Shown: in pieces, positions 42,520 to 51,894 of the stretch
Layout of the letters: each line of letters starts with the position of its first letter
Numbering within the stretch: the first letter of the stretch is position 1
DNA from: an uncultured delta proteobacterium
GTDB taxonomy: Bacteria > Desulfobacterota > Binatia > UBA9968
Assembly (NCBI GenBank): GCA_963745035.1
Contig: CAVUVW010000026.1
Coordinates: forward strand, 32,001 to 96,000
Reading direction: 5' to 3'
Length of the DNA: 64,000 nt
Program-made: the position numbers and the translations under genes
The notes under the pieces: generated by a model
The model's database searches: none
What the model saw: the letters and a program-made list of their open reading frames with translations, nothing else
Told to the model about the DNA's origin: nothing

Positions 42520-43563
42520 CAAGTCGAAGAGAGTTTGCCCCATGAGCGTGCAGTTCGCTTGCGTCTGGGGAAATTCCTTGATCGGGATGCTGGCGTTCTT
42601 GAGCGTCGTGATCGATCTGTGCAGCTGATAGGGGTCGGCCACAATCTGCTGCACGGGGCCCGTAAAGGCCGGCAGCGGGGTACGAACGATGCACGGATCC
42701 CAAAGACTGGCGGAAATAAAAATCTCTTCCGCGCTCGCCCACTTGTTTTCGTGAAGACGGAGATACGTACCGGGGCGGAGAACGCGCTTCTGGCTCGCGT
42801 AGTAAGCTTCAGTCTGCCACGGCATGCGCGGCTCATGGTCCCAGTAGGCAAACAGCCGGGCTTCGCGATTGGCATAGATCGGCAAATCGGGATGAAGCCG
42901 CTCGCCTTGTCCCTCCGGGTGCTCATCGGGGCTCACCACCTGCTTGTAAAGATCCATGAGGAGCTCGCTCTCGCCCTCAAAGCCGGCATAGGTCCGTGAT
43001 GAACCGGATGGAATTTCTGCGGGTCGGCACCGGGGTTAACTCTTCCCATAGCCGCCGGCTGGATTCAGAGACATAGGCCCAAAGCTCGTCATAACTCACA
43101 AAGCCATGATTCGAGCCCGCGGCGCCGGCATAGTCGCCGCTGATCGCCGTCACTGTCGTACCGTTGGCCAGATAAATCGTCTTGCTCTGGACCTCGGCCT
43201 CGCGGCGCAATTCGGGATGGTGCTGAATGATGCCTTCCATCGTGCGATAGACGCGCGCCAGTGTTTGCTCAAGGTCATTTGCCAGGATTAGTATTTCGTT
43301 CGGCGCTTCCTGAGTGAATCCCCAGCCAAGCGTTATGGCGCCATTCAGCGTGGTTTTGCCGCTCTTCTTGATGCAGGAATAAAGAATCGTATCCCACGGT
43401 AGGCGGCCGTCCTGATCGAAGGCGAAGGCGAGACGGAGAACCTCCCGCTGGTGATCGCTGAGCCCGAAGGGCTGGCCAAGCTCGTTTTTCTTAACCAGCT
43501 TGTCGATAAATGTCATCGGGTGAATCAGTTTGGTCATGGCCCTTCGATCCTGTGATATAATCA

Positions 43564-44166
43564 GTGGTCACTGTGTTTGATTCTTGCCTGCATTGCGGCA
43601 GTCATAGCTTCGAGCGCTCTCATCGCAGCCGCTGGGAACGTTTGTTGAGCACCCCCATAAATGCACGCCTGTTTAGCTGCCGTGATTGCAACTCCCGCTA
43701 TTGGGTAAGTCCAAACGGCATTTGGGGACGTGGCTTTCTTCATCTTCTTTGGTTGCGGTTCATGCGCTGGTTCTCAGTTCTCTTGTGGATGGCTGTTATT
43801 TTCGTTCTTTCGACGGAACATTTTTCTTCGGCACGAACCCCTATCCCAAAGGAGCTCATGGAATTGGGCTTCGATCAATTTTTGGTTCGCAAAGTTGCTC
43901 ATTGGACCGAATACTTCATACTTGGATTCCTGTTAATGCGCGCTCTCAGCGCGAACTCCGATAAGCTCATATTCAAACGCCACATCGTTTTAAGCGTGAT
44001 CGTCGCTGCTGTTTATGCAGTGACCGATGAGTGGCATCAGTCGTTCGTCCCAAATCGGGACGCTAAAATGAGCGATGTCGCCCTCGACGCTGTGGGAGCT
44101 TGTTGCGGTACATGGTTATGGTCGCGGGTGCGAACCCTTTGTTGGATGAGTTGGATAATTCGATGA
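43564..44166 (+). CDS. VanZ-family membrane protein with N-terminal Zn ribbon
   Basis: CLHCGS...CRDC; VRKVAHWTEYFILG, YAVTDEWHQSFVPNR...DVALD. Confidence 0.85.
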   Translation: MVTVFDSCLHCGSHSFERSHRSRWERLLSTPINARLFSCRDCNSRYWVSPNGIWGRGFLHLLWLRFMRWFSVLLWMAVIFVLSTEHFSSARTPIPKELMELGFDQFLVRKVAHWTEYFILGFLLMRALSANSDKLIFKRHIVLSVIVAAVYAVTDEWHQSFVPNRDAKMSDVALDAVGACCGTWLWSRVRTLCWMSWIIR

Positions 44167-44169
44167 AAT

Positions 44170-44400
44170 TCATACTTCATCCAGCAAGGCATGAAACCTG
44201 ATGATGCCCACCTTGGCGAGCAGTGCCTTTGCCCTCTTCAAAGCGTAACCGTCCATCCGGCAGTGATCAGAGCAATAGCGTTTGCCGCGCTGTGATTTGA
44301 TCGTGATGGGCTTAGCGCACAACGGGTTCGCGCAGCGTTCAGGATTGGCGTTATTGGTAGCCGTTAACGGCTCATTCTCGCATTCTCCGGGCTCGGTAGG
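44170..44400 (-). CDS. Small Zn-finger protein (start uncertain)
   Basis: RCANPLCAKPI...KRYCSDHCRMDGYALKRAKALLAK, homolog of 19564..19806. Confidence 0.6.
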   Translation of the reverse strand, partial: PTEPGECENEPLTATNNANPERCANPLCAKPITIKSQRGKRYCSDHCRMDGYALKRAKALLAKVGIIRFHALLDEV

Positions 44401-44894
44401 GGTGAGCCTTCACTCTCAAAGGTGCGAGTTGTTAACGCCTTCATTGGTCTTTCAGTTGCTACCTCCTAGTAGCGTGACTCTGAGAGACATGGCTATGGGC
44501 GACTCAAATGTCCCAGACAGTGCGCTATCGGAAACCAAAGGGCACTCGATTCTCGCGAGTTTACCCAGATCTCTTCCAAAGCACGGGCGGAAATTGCGCT
44601 TCTCAAAAAAACTGCGGTGCTGTGTGAATCGTGCGGTTGTGTCTATGGGGATTGCGGCGATGAGACAGTTTGCTTGGAACGGTTGCCAGTAGCCGGACAG
44701 TCCTAAACGGATTACCGCGAGGTGGGCCGTGAGCACGAAAAATGTTCTGGATTCGGTACTACTGCTTCTTGTCGCATCCGCAATGATGTTTCTCTGGTGC
44801 CGGAGCGACCCTCGCGCGCCGCACAGGGACGAAAGTTTCTTAGCGTCTCTAGCTCGCATGCGCTGATCAAAGCGACTCCGACGGGTTAGCGCGG

Positions 44895-45386
44895 TCATTG
44901 GCGGGTGTCGGCTTGGGGCTGCTCGGTATCGCCGTTGAGAAGGTCGGTAACGGTTTTCACTTTGTGCCGGCGCTCAAGGCCGAGCATGTTGAGATACTTG
45001 GCGAGTCCATCGGCTAGCTGTTGGCGCTGAATGACCACAGGCATGATGGTTTTTGCCTTCCTGCGTCCGACGATCAGCGTGTCTTGGGTGAGCAGCCAAC
45101 CGTCTATACTATCGAGCAGAAACTTGGACTTGCAGGCTAAATCGATGATGGCGTGCTGCTGGGTTGAGAGATTCTCTTGGCCGCCAAGATCGGCGATTAA
45201 TTCCAGCCGCCACCGCTTAAGCGCCTTAGCCACGGCAGAGCGGCCGTCGATGGCGCGCTTACCAAGTACTAAGACTGCTCTTTTAAGCGTGTGGAAGCCG
45301 TGCTTTTCGGCGTAGCGGTTTCTTTTTGGTGCCGGGTAAATCGGGGTGCCGCCATCGCCTATGCCACAAGGTTTCGTGGGTTCCAT
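44895..45386 (-). CDS. TerS-like protein
   Basis: NRYAEKHG, AIDGRSA.AK....WR.ELIADLGG..NLS.QQ...I, L..LGLERR; upstream of terL. Confidence 0.55.
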   Translation of the reverse strand: MEPTKPCGIGDGGTPIYPAPKRNRYAEKHGFHTLKRAVLVLGKRAIDGRSAVAKALKRWRLELIADLGGQENLSTQQHAIIDLACKSKFLLDSIDGWLLTQDTLIVGRRKAKTIMPVVIQRQQLADGLAKYLNMLGLERRHKVKTVTDLLNGDTEQPQADTRQ

Positions 45387-45529
45387 AAAGTCGGGCTATT
45401 CAGGATCACTTCTCGAAAACTTCACGATAGATGATGCACAAAGTCGAAACTTAGCCAACTTTGCGCTCCCTGAGTTTGTAATAATCTCGGATAGTTAGAA
45501 GATGTTGGAGATTGTTGGAAGATTGTTGA

Positions 45530-45559
45530 ACGGGTTCAAATCCCGTCGGGGACGCCAAA
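45530..45559 (+). repeat. att site: 30-bp copy of the tRNA-Glu 3' end
   Basis: ACGGGTTCAAATCCCGTCGGGGACGCCAAA; preceded by tandem GA(T)TGTTG repeats. Confidence 0.9.
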
Positions 45560-45587
45560 TTCTCTCGTCATTTTCCGCGTTGCAAAA

Positions 45588-45790
45588 TCACCCTCTGAAA
45601 TTTCCGTTTCCATTTCCGTTTTTTTGCTCGAGCTCGGCCATCATCCGCGCGCCGAAGTCGCTGCTCATGTAGCGACCGTAGTGCTGCTCGATCATCTGCG
45701 CCGAGCTGCCGCACTGTTCTGCGATCGCCTTGATGTTCTCGCCGGCGGTAAGCGCCAAGCTGATGAACGTGTGTCTTGTGCAGTAGAGCG
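45588..45790 (-). pseudogene. C-terminal remnant of a third tyrosine integrase fused to unrelated sequence
   Basis: LYCTRHTFISLALTAGENIKAIAEQCGSSAQMIEQHYGRY next to the att site. Confidence 0.8.
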
Positions 45791-46578
45791 CTACTGAAAG
45801 ATTGTCGTTAGGCATGATGCCGACGGCGTTGAGCGCAGCACCGAAGAGGAGGAGAGCAGGGCCCAAATACACTTCCATGATTTGCTTTGCCGCTCCGTAA
45901 GACGCACCTGCTGATACAAGACGCTTGTAGTTGTCCATCCTTTGCAGAATATCTGCCAATTCCGAAAAGTTGGGTCGCCATTTGGGATGGCTATCCTGGA
46001 TTGCTGCCGCTAGGCCTCGAAGTTGTAAGATCGTATTTGCTGGGTAGCCGGTTTGGTCTACAAATACTGCCTCGTATTCGGATTCGAGTACCGTGTGCTT
46101 CATGTCCTCTGCTAAGGCCGATTCTGGATCTCTTTCAGGATCTCGTGAAGATAGGAATTTAACGTGCTGATCTGAATATAAATACCCCAGATGAATAAAG
46201 TTATAACGAATCCAAGGCCGCCAACGGGCAATGCCTGTCGTGCGGTTATTGGTTTGCTTGGATCGTAATCAATGGCAAAGCGGAAGGAAGCATTAAATGG
46301 CCGACGAAGCTAAAGACCAAAAGGTGAGTCTCGAACAGCCCATGGTAAGCACTCTCGCGATGACGGATGCGTCGCAAAGCTGCTGATCGCCAAGGGCATC
46401 ATCACGGATGCGGAGTCCAAAGCGCGTGGCAGCGCGGAAGGGGCGAACTCTCTCGCCGTGCTGAAGCGGCTGCAGTGCCCCCTTAGCTGTCTAAACCGGC
46501 TAAGCCTTCACAGCGTCGACGGGTGAATATTCGAGCCAGAGTCGCTTGCGTACCGAAGCAAGTACCGCTGTGGGCTGG

Positions 46579-46794
46579 TCAGAACATGAGCCAATCTAAC
46601 AAAAGAGCCGTAAGCGCAGCTAGAGCGAAGGTGATTACGCTGGTAATGAGCTTCATCGCGCCTAGAGCTTGATAGAAAAGAAAGGCGCCGGCGACTGCGG
46701 TCAGGGACGTGAGAGGGTGATGGAGCACCATACGCATAGTGTAATCAAACCAGTAGGTGAGATCACTCATGATTTGGTTCATGTTCATGTTCAC
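46579..46794 (-). CDS. Small membrane protein
   Basis: Hydrophobic 71-aa ORF after GGAGG. Confidence 0.55.
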   Translation of the reverse strand: MNMNMNQIMSDLTYWFDYTMRMVLHHPLTSLTAVAGAFLFYQALGAMKLITSVITFALAALTALLLDWLMF

Positions 46795-47797
46795 CCCTCC
46801 CTAGTTTGCCGTATATACCAATCAGCCAAAGAGTAGACAAGCGGCGATAAACTTGAAGTCGGAGCAGACTTGTAAGTTTGTCATTGCTTCATCGATCATA
46901 CGGGGGAGAAAAAATGAAAAACAGTAAGTTCTGCTCGCCGCGGCTGTCTTGGTTATTTTCGCTCTAGGAAGGATGCGCAACCGTTAAGAGGCACTTCGAA
47001 GGAGCGGGCATGCTCAATGCGCTGAAGGTCGTGAATGAGGGCGATAATATTTTAGAGGTGCGCGCGATTCTCGATTACTATCGCGACCTGTACCGGCAGG
47101 AGGGGAGACACTGAGGGCAATTCCCACACCTTAGCGGATGTCCTCGAAAACAATGCCGATATATTTCACGATCCTTCCCGCGCTTTTTTCCGCGCGTCCG
47201 CTTTCGTGGGAACGGTACGGCGAGAGCCAGACGGGTCGGCTCATGAGCGTGCTCATGGTCGAGTTCGCAGCCGATTTCATATGACGCCAAGCGCGGATCT
47301 AGAGTGAGATAAAAGTCGAGCACGAGAGAGGACAAGCATGCGAGGCGCAGCGTTACTATAGCGAAAAAGGCGGTCGGGTGGCGTCCGGCCTTTCTTTCGC
47401 GGGTGCGGCAGCAACACAGACCGGTTTTCGATGCGATGCCACAGGCACACCGGCACAGGTTGTCGAATTTGATGTTACAGTCACCGCAGCGGAAGGAACG
47501 GAGACAAAAGGCGAAAAGGCGGCATCGGTGTTTTTGTGGTGCAATCGAGCTCGGCTCTCACGGGAAATCGGAGTCTTCGAACACCTCTGTAGGCCGAATC
47601 AAATTCTCAGTTCCGATTTTGCTATATATTGACATCTCCACGAGCCGCGCTGTATGTACGCAGTCACAGCGCCAATCTCATCACATGGCGCGCCCCGCCC
47701 GCTTGACTTTGAACTTACTCGGGTTGGGGTGGAGGAAATGCATCAACTAGAAACGTCGCCACAAACGTACAATGATAGTTCAAATGGAGGATGCATT

Positions 47798-48589
47798 ATG
47801 ATTACGCTGAGCCAGTATAAGGCTGGAGAAGTTATTGTTCAAGAAAACGACTTTGGCGAAACGGCTTACGTCATCGCACAAGGGCAGGTTGAAGTAACTA
47901 AGGGACTACATGGGCAAAATGTCCATTTGGCTTACCTTGGGGCCGGAGAAATCTTTGGCGAAATGAGCATGATTGATGAGAGGCCACGCAGTGCAACCGT
48001 AACAGCCGTTACCGAGATTTTGGTAAATGAGATCCGGCGGGACGACTTTTTCAACAGCTTTCAGACAGACCCCAAAGTAGCGCTCCAACTCTTAAAAGTT
48101 CTCTTTGAGCGTTTGCGTTTGGCGGATTCCATGATTTTGCAGCTCCAAAAATCGGACCCCCAGCACGCGCTGGTCCCGAAGGAATCGTTGGCCGCAGTCC
48201 CGCCTCCGGGAGAGCCCACGATTACGCTGGAAGGGGTAACCGCGCGAGCTGACACCGCTCTACCGGTGACGCCTTTTCAGATCACACAATTCCCCTTTCG
48301 TATTGGCAGAGAGAGTCCGGATCCGCTTGTCTACAATGATCTGATGCTTCCCGACTCTGTGCCGATGCAAGTCTCTCGGCATCATCTTGCTTTCATCGCA
48401 CACGAAGGCTGCGTAGGGGTCGTGGACCGAGGTAGTACCCTGGGTTCATGGGTAGATGGTCAACAAGTTGGCGGCCCAGCCGGCTTATCTGGCCCCGTGT
48501 TTTTTACTGGGTCAGAAGGGCTTCTTGTGTTAGGCACTCGGGAATCCCCCTTCAGATATCGCGTCAGCCTTCGCCCTAGCGTTTCGTGA
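47798..48589 (+). CDS. cNMP-binding + FHA domain signalling protein
   Basis: AYVIAQGQVEV, GEIFGEMSMIDERPRSATVTA; FRIGR...VSRHH...DRGSTLGSWVDG. Confidence 0.88.
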   Translation: MITLSQYKAGEVIVQENDFGETAYVIAQGQVEVTKGLHGQNVHLAYLGAGEIFGEMSMIDERPRSATVTAVTEILVNEIRRDDFFNSFQTDPKVALQLLKVLFERLRLADSMILQLQKSDPQHALVPKESLAAVPPPGEPTITLEGVTARADTALPVTPFQITQFPFRIGRESPDPLVYNDLMLPDSVPMQVSRHHLAFIAHEGCVGVVDRGSTLGSWVDGQQVGGPAGLSGPVFFTGSEGLLVLGTRESPFRYRVSLRPSVS

Positions 48590-48694
48590 GACTCTCGAAA
48601 TTTTCGACATTCTTCCGCGCTGCGTCCACCTGCGACTGGAAACGAAAGATCTGATCGGCATCGATCGGCCCGCGGTGCCGATTCTTGAAAAAGT

Positions 48695-48811
48695 CCGAGC
48701 TCGTCGGTGCAAATTGCGTTTGCCGAGTGGACGCCCGACGGGCACCTCCGGGACTCGAGCTTTGCGGGTCTGCGCAACGATAAAGCCCCCCGACATATTG
48801 TGCGGGAGTAG
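48695..48811 (+). pseudogene. 3' fragment of an ATP-dependent DNA ligase
   Basis: EWTPDGHLRDSSFAGLRNDK...IVRE*, similar to 26578-26693. Confidence 0.7.
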
Positions 48812-49094
48812 CTTGCTCCCCGCATCAAACCCCGGGTGATCGAACCGATGCGTCGTTCAGTTCAATCCTGCGGGGAACTTTGCAATGGTCTGGCCGAAAT
48901 AAGCCGCCATTCGTTAGGAAGATAACCCGCCGCCCTGGCAGGTTTTGTCGGAAACGAAACGTTGACAAACTACGGAGCTGGCGGATATTGCATCTATTTG
49001 GATTTTATTGTCGGAGCCACTGCCGAGATAAACCGACCAGTAATTGTCGGTCGCTACGGCGGCTCACTTAATAGTTAGCGTGCAGAGGCGAACT

Positions 49095-49538
49095 ATGGCG
49101 AAGGTCAAGGAGTTACACGATGCGGTGAAGCGTGGGGATTTGGCTCTGGTGAAGGCGCTCCTTGACGAAGACCGTGCTCTCACGAACGCCGTGACCACGA
49201 CAGACGCGCGAGGCACGTATCCCCTCCATGTGGCGGCCGAGTTCGGTCAAGCCGAGGCTGCGCGCATCCTCCTGGGCTTTGGAGCGGACGTGTCGCTGCT
49301 CGATGCGGAGAATTATGCCATCGCCCTGGGGTGGGCAGCGTTCTTCGGCCGGCCAGAGGTTGTCGCGGTCCTTCTGGAAGTAGGATCGGAACCCAGCCAA
49401 CGCAACAAGCATGGTTTGACACCGCTTGCCTGTGCGGTGGGCGGGACGCAGGGGAGATGGAAACACTTCTCCAACGCGACTGTCGAGGAGTGGCAGCGGG
49501 CGGCAGACTTGATTCGTTCTCACGGAGGCATCGAGTAA
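49095..49538 (+). CDS. Ankyrin-repeat protein (integron cassette 1)
   Basis: LHDAVKRGDLALVKALL, YPLHVAAEFG, ALGWAAFFG, TPLACA. Confidence 0.9.
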   Translation: MAKVKELHDAVKRGDLALVKALLDEDRALTNAVTTTDARGTYPLHVAAEFGQAEAARILLGFGADVSLLDAENYAIALGWAAFFGRPEVVAVLLEVGSEPSQRNKHGLTPLACAVGGTQGRWKHFSNATVEEWQRAADLIRSHGGIE

Positions 49539-49556
49539 GCGCTCCGGTTCCATGCG

Positions 49557-49642
49557 CGCTAACAACGGCGTTGAGCGGTCGCGCTGATGGTTGGCGACCA
49601 CACTGTCGTTGGTGCCCGCGCCGCCCACGCCTATCGTTAGAC
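49557..49642 (+). other. Integron attC site
   Basis: CGCTAAC...GGCGTTGAGCGG...CCGCCCACGCC...GTTAGAC; CGCTAAC is the exact reverse complement of GTTAGCG at 49074. Confidence 0.8.
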
Positions 49643-49694
49643 CACTTAAACGACTACCGTTCCGATGACAGCAACTCAATAAAGGAGAATACCG

Positions 49695-50009
49695 ATGAAA
49701 TACATGATCAGCTGGTTCGAACGTCCGCAAGGATCGCCTACGGAATACGAGAATGCCCAGAAGCGAATACTGGAGGTTTTCACCCAATGGAAGGCGCCCG
49801 CCAATTTCAATATCGAGTTATTCGTGGTGCGGGTAGGCGATTGGGGCGGGTATATGATGGTGGACTGCGATGATCCGTTGACCGTTCACAAGTTCTGCTC
49901 GACCCTTCCTTCTTTTGTATTCGAAGCACGGCCAGTGGTTCCCGTTATGGACGCTGTCCGGGTGGAGCTAGAAGCGATTGCCTTTCGTGATGGGCTCAAA
50001 GGCAAGTAA
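49695..50009 (+). CDS. DUF3303-like small protein (integron cassette 2)
   Basis: MKYMISW.ERP.GS..EYENAQKRIL..F..W...GGYM.VDCDDP; AAGGAG RBS. Confidence 0.75.
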   Translation: MKYMISWFERPQGSPTEYENAQKRILEVFTQWKAPANFNIELFVVRVGDWGGYMMVDCDDPLTVHKFCSTLPSFVFEARPVVPVMDAVRVELEAIAFRDGLKGK

Positions 50010-50084
50010 CATTCGAGAGGATCGAATCGCATTTGCCGAGTCGGCGAAAGATGTATTCACGACGAGTTTGATAAACACCGTGTG

Positions 50085-50177
50085 GCCTAACCATGCGCTG
50101 CAAGCGAACCCGGCCATCGCGCTCCGGTTGCACCGGACGCCCTCGTGGGCCGGGTCGCTGAGCTTGGGTCGTTAACC
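50085..50177 (+). other. Integron attC site
   Basis: GCCTAAC-CATGCGCTGCAAGCGAACCCGGC...GCCGGGTCGCTGAGCTTGGGTC-GTTAACC. Confidence 0.8.
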
Positions 50178-50384
50178 TACGATTGAACTGAATTCTCCAT
50201 CAACGCAGTCTCGCGTGAGATCACATTGAAGCGACGGAAATTTGGGTTCCCCTTGACGAATACTGTCAAAGGTATGGGCCGCGGGGACGTCTGATATTCA
50301 GTCAGCGTGCTTCTCAGTTCGATGTCCGCTCGCCCTCTCATAAACGGCTTGCTTGATCGCCGCAGGTCGTCAGGGGGCCACCCA

Positions 50385-51197
50385 TCAGAAGGTTGCATGC
50401 GTGTCCTGCCATCCGAGTCCGTTCCAAAACACTATTTCGAGCAATCGCCTTATTTTCCGACTTGGAAGATTGCGAAAGATCCCATTGTTCGGCCCTACCA
50501 TGCGGTAATCCAAATGAATCCGCCGGTAATCCCATTTGACACGGTCAAGCGGTCGCCATTCGCCGGGGGCCTCCTCGCCGAACAGCCCGCTTGAGCCGCC
50601 TTCAAACCGATGGTCGACGAAAATGCCCTCTCTTGCCGGGTTGGGGCATCGTTGCTCAGTAATAGTGAGTTGTGGGACAATCTTGAATCTCGTGTATCCC
50701 AGCTGATCGAGCAGCTGCAGTTGCGTGAACGTGTCCTTGATCGACGTCGCGCTTGCCTCCACCGAAATATACTTCGGCTTCTTCTCTACGCTGAGCAGAC
50801 CTTCGAGGCATACGGAATCCATTCCCTCGATATCTACTTTCATGTAGTACGGCACACCGAATTTTAGGATGACGTCCTTGATCGTAGTCGCCTCGACCTT
50901 AACCGGATGACTCTTGAATCCTCGCGCATCGTTTCTTTTGACCCACTCGGGGTTTGCTGTCCCCCATATGCTGACTTGCTCGTTGACAAAAAAATCGATG
51001 GTTCCGACGGTATGACTGATTGCCTTGTTGATGATCTGTAATTGGCCAGAGCCGATCGCTGCCGAGAATTTGTGTGCGCACTCCTCGCAGAGTTGGGCAT
51101 TCGCCTCGATTCCGACGACCCGAAATCCTTTTCTGAGATAGAACTCCGTGTCTTCTCCTGTATGCATTCCAACGTCATAGATTAAGTCGTCTCGCAT
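50385..51197 (-). CDS. FkbM-family methyltransferase
   Basis: LIYDVGMHTGEDT.FYL.KGFRVVGIEAN, YMKVDIEGMD. Confidence 0.9.
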   Translation of the reverse strand: MRDDLIYDVGMHTGEDTEFYLRKGFRVVGIEANAQLCEECAHKFSAAIGSGQLQIINKAISHTVGTIDFFVNEQVSIWGTANPEWVKRNDARGFKSHPVKVEATTIKDVILKFGVPYYMKVDIEGMDSVCLEGLLSVEKKPKYISVEASATSIKDTFTQLQLLDQLGYTRFKIVPQLTITEQRCPNPAREGIFVDHRFEGGSSGLFGEEAPGEWRPLDRVKWDYRRIHLDYRMVGPNNGIFRNLPSRKIRRLLEIVFWNGLGWQDTHATF

Positions 51198-51894
51198 CTC
51201 GTAATCTCCAGGGTTATGAATACGCGCCGATCTGTGTCTCGAAAGATCGTCATCGCTTCGGGCACAACGGCGCTTTTCGACTCAACGATGGGTCCGAAAC
51301 CCGTCTGCTCTGGTTCTGTGCCAACCAGAGCAGAACAAACACCTCCCATTGTCTAACACCCGGGAGGTGAACATTAAATAATTGGATTTTTTCGTTGATG
51401 TTCCGCTCTGGTTTGGCCCCGACTTGACTCTTAATCAGCGGGTCCGGGGGTGTTCTGGATGCTAGGATTGAACTGAATTCTCCATCAACTTTGAGTGCGG
51501 TGGTACTGCTTACTGTTGCGGTCGTCGCCGAGGCGCAACAGCCTAAGAAAATCCATCGAATAGGTTATCTATCGCTGATCGACCCAGCTCTTGGACAAGC
51601 AGATTGAATGGCAGCAGCAGTATCCGGGACACGATATCTATTTCCCGCAGAGCGCTGCCGCTCAGCTTAAAATCAGCGCTGGTGCAATGGAAAGAATCAT
51701 CACGTTTAGAATGCTCGTGGTCCACCGATGTCATTCACTGACGAACACCGAACTGTTCACCAGCGATCAGCAGATGTTCACGAGTGGATAGCCCCCCAAT
51801 TACTATTAAGATTACTAAGAGAATTATTATTTAGATAAATACTAATGGTGTCCGCGACGATTCGTGGTCCACTGAGAACGTTCTGCCTTGGTCG

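Larger units (their letters stand above)
40634..43537 (-). pseudogene. terL: Terminase large subunit of element 2, interrupted by IS110, frameshift near 42980, permuted nuclease domain
   Basis: KKSGKTT, VSYDELW, YLRLHENKW, IVADPYQ, KIDAIVALAMA then FVGVDAGIKHD; IS removal restores FDLLNGR. Confidence 0.85.
28184..45559. mobile_element. Integrated element 2 (phage-satellite-like island)
   Basis: tRNA-Glu 3' copy at 28184 and 30-bp copy at 45530-45559; integrase, Prim-Pol/helicase, TerS-like, TerL, cement and scaffold genes. Confidence 0.9.

Noticed and set aside
47378-47632. VEFDVTVTA...RIKFSVP small protein as part of a defence-associated system
   Set aside because: Frameshifted fragment with no partner gene; the family cannot be assigned from sequence alone
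51500-51590. ABC substrate-binding protein gene (AEAQQPKKIHRIGYL)
   Set aside because: Only a short N-terminal fragment with no start or continuation
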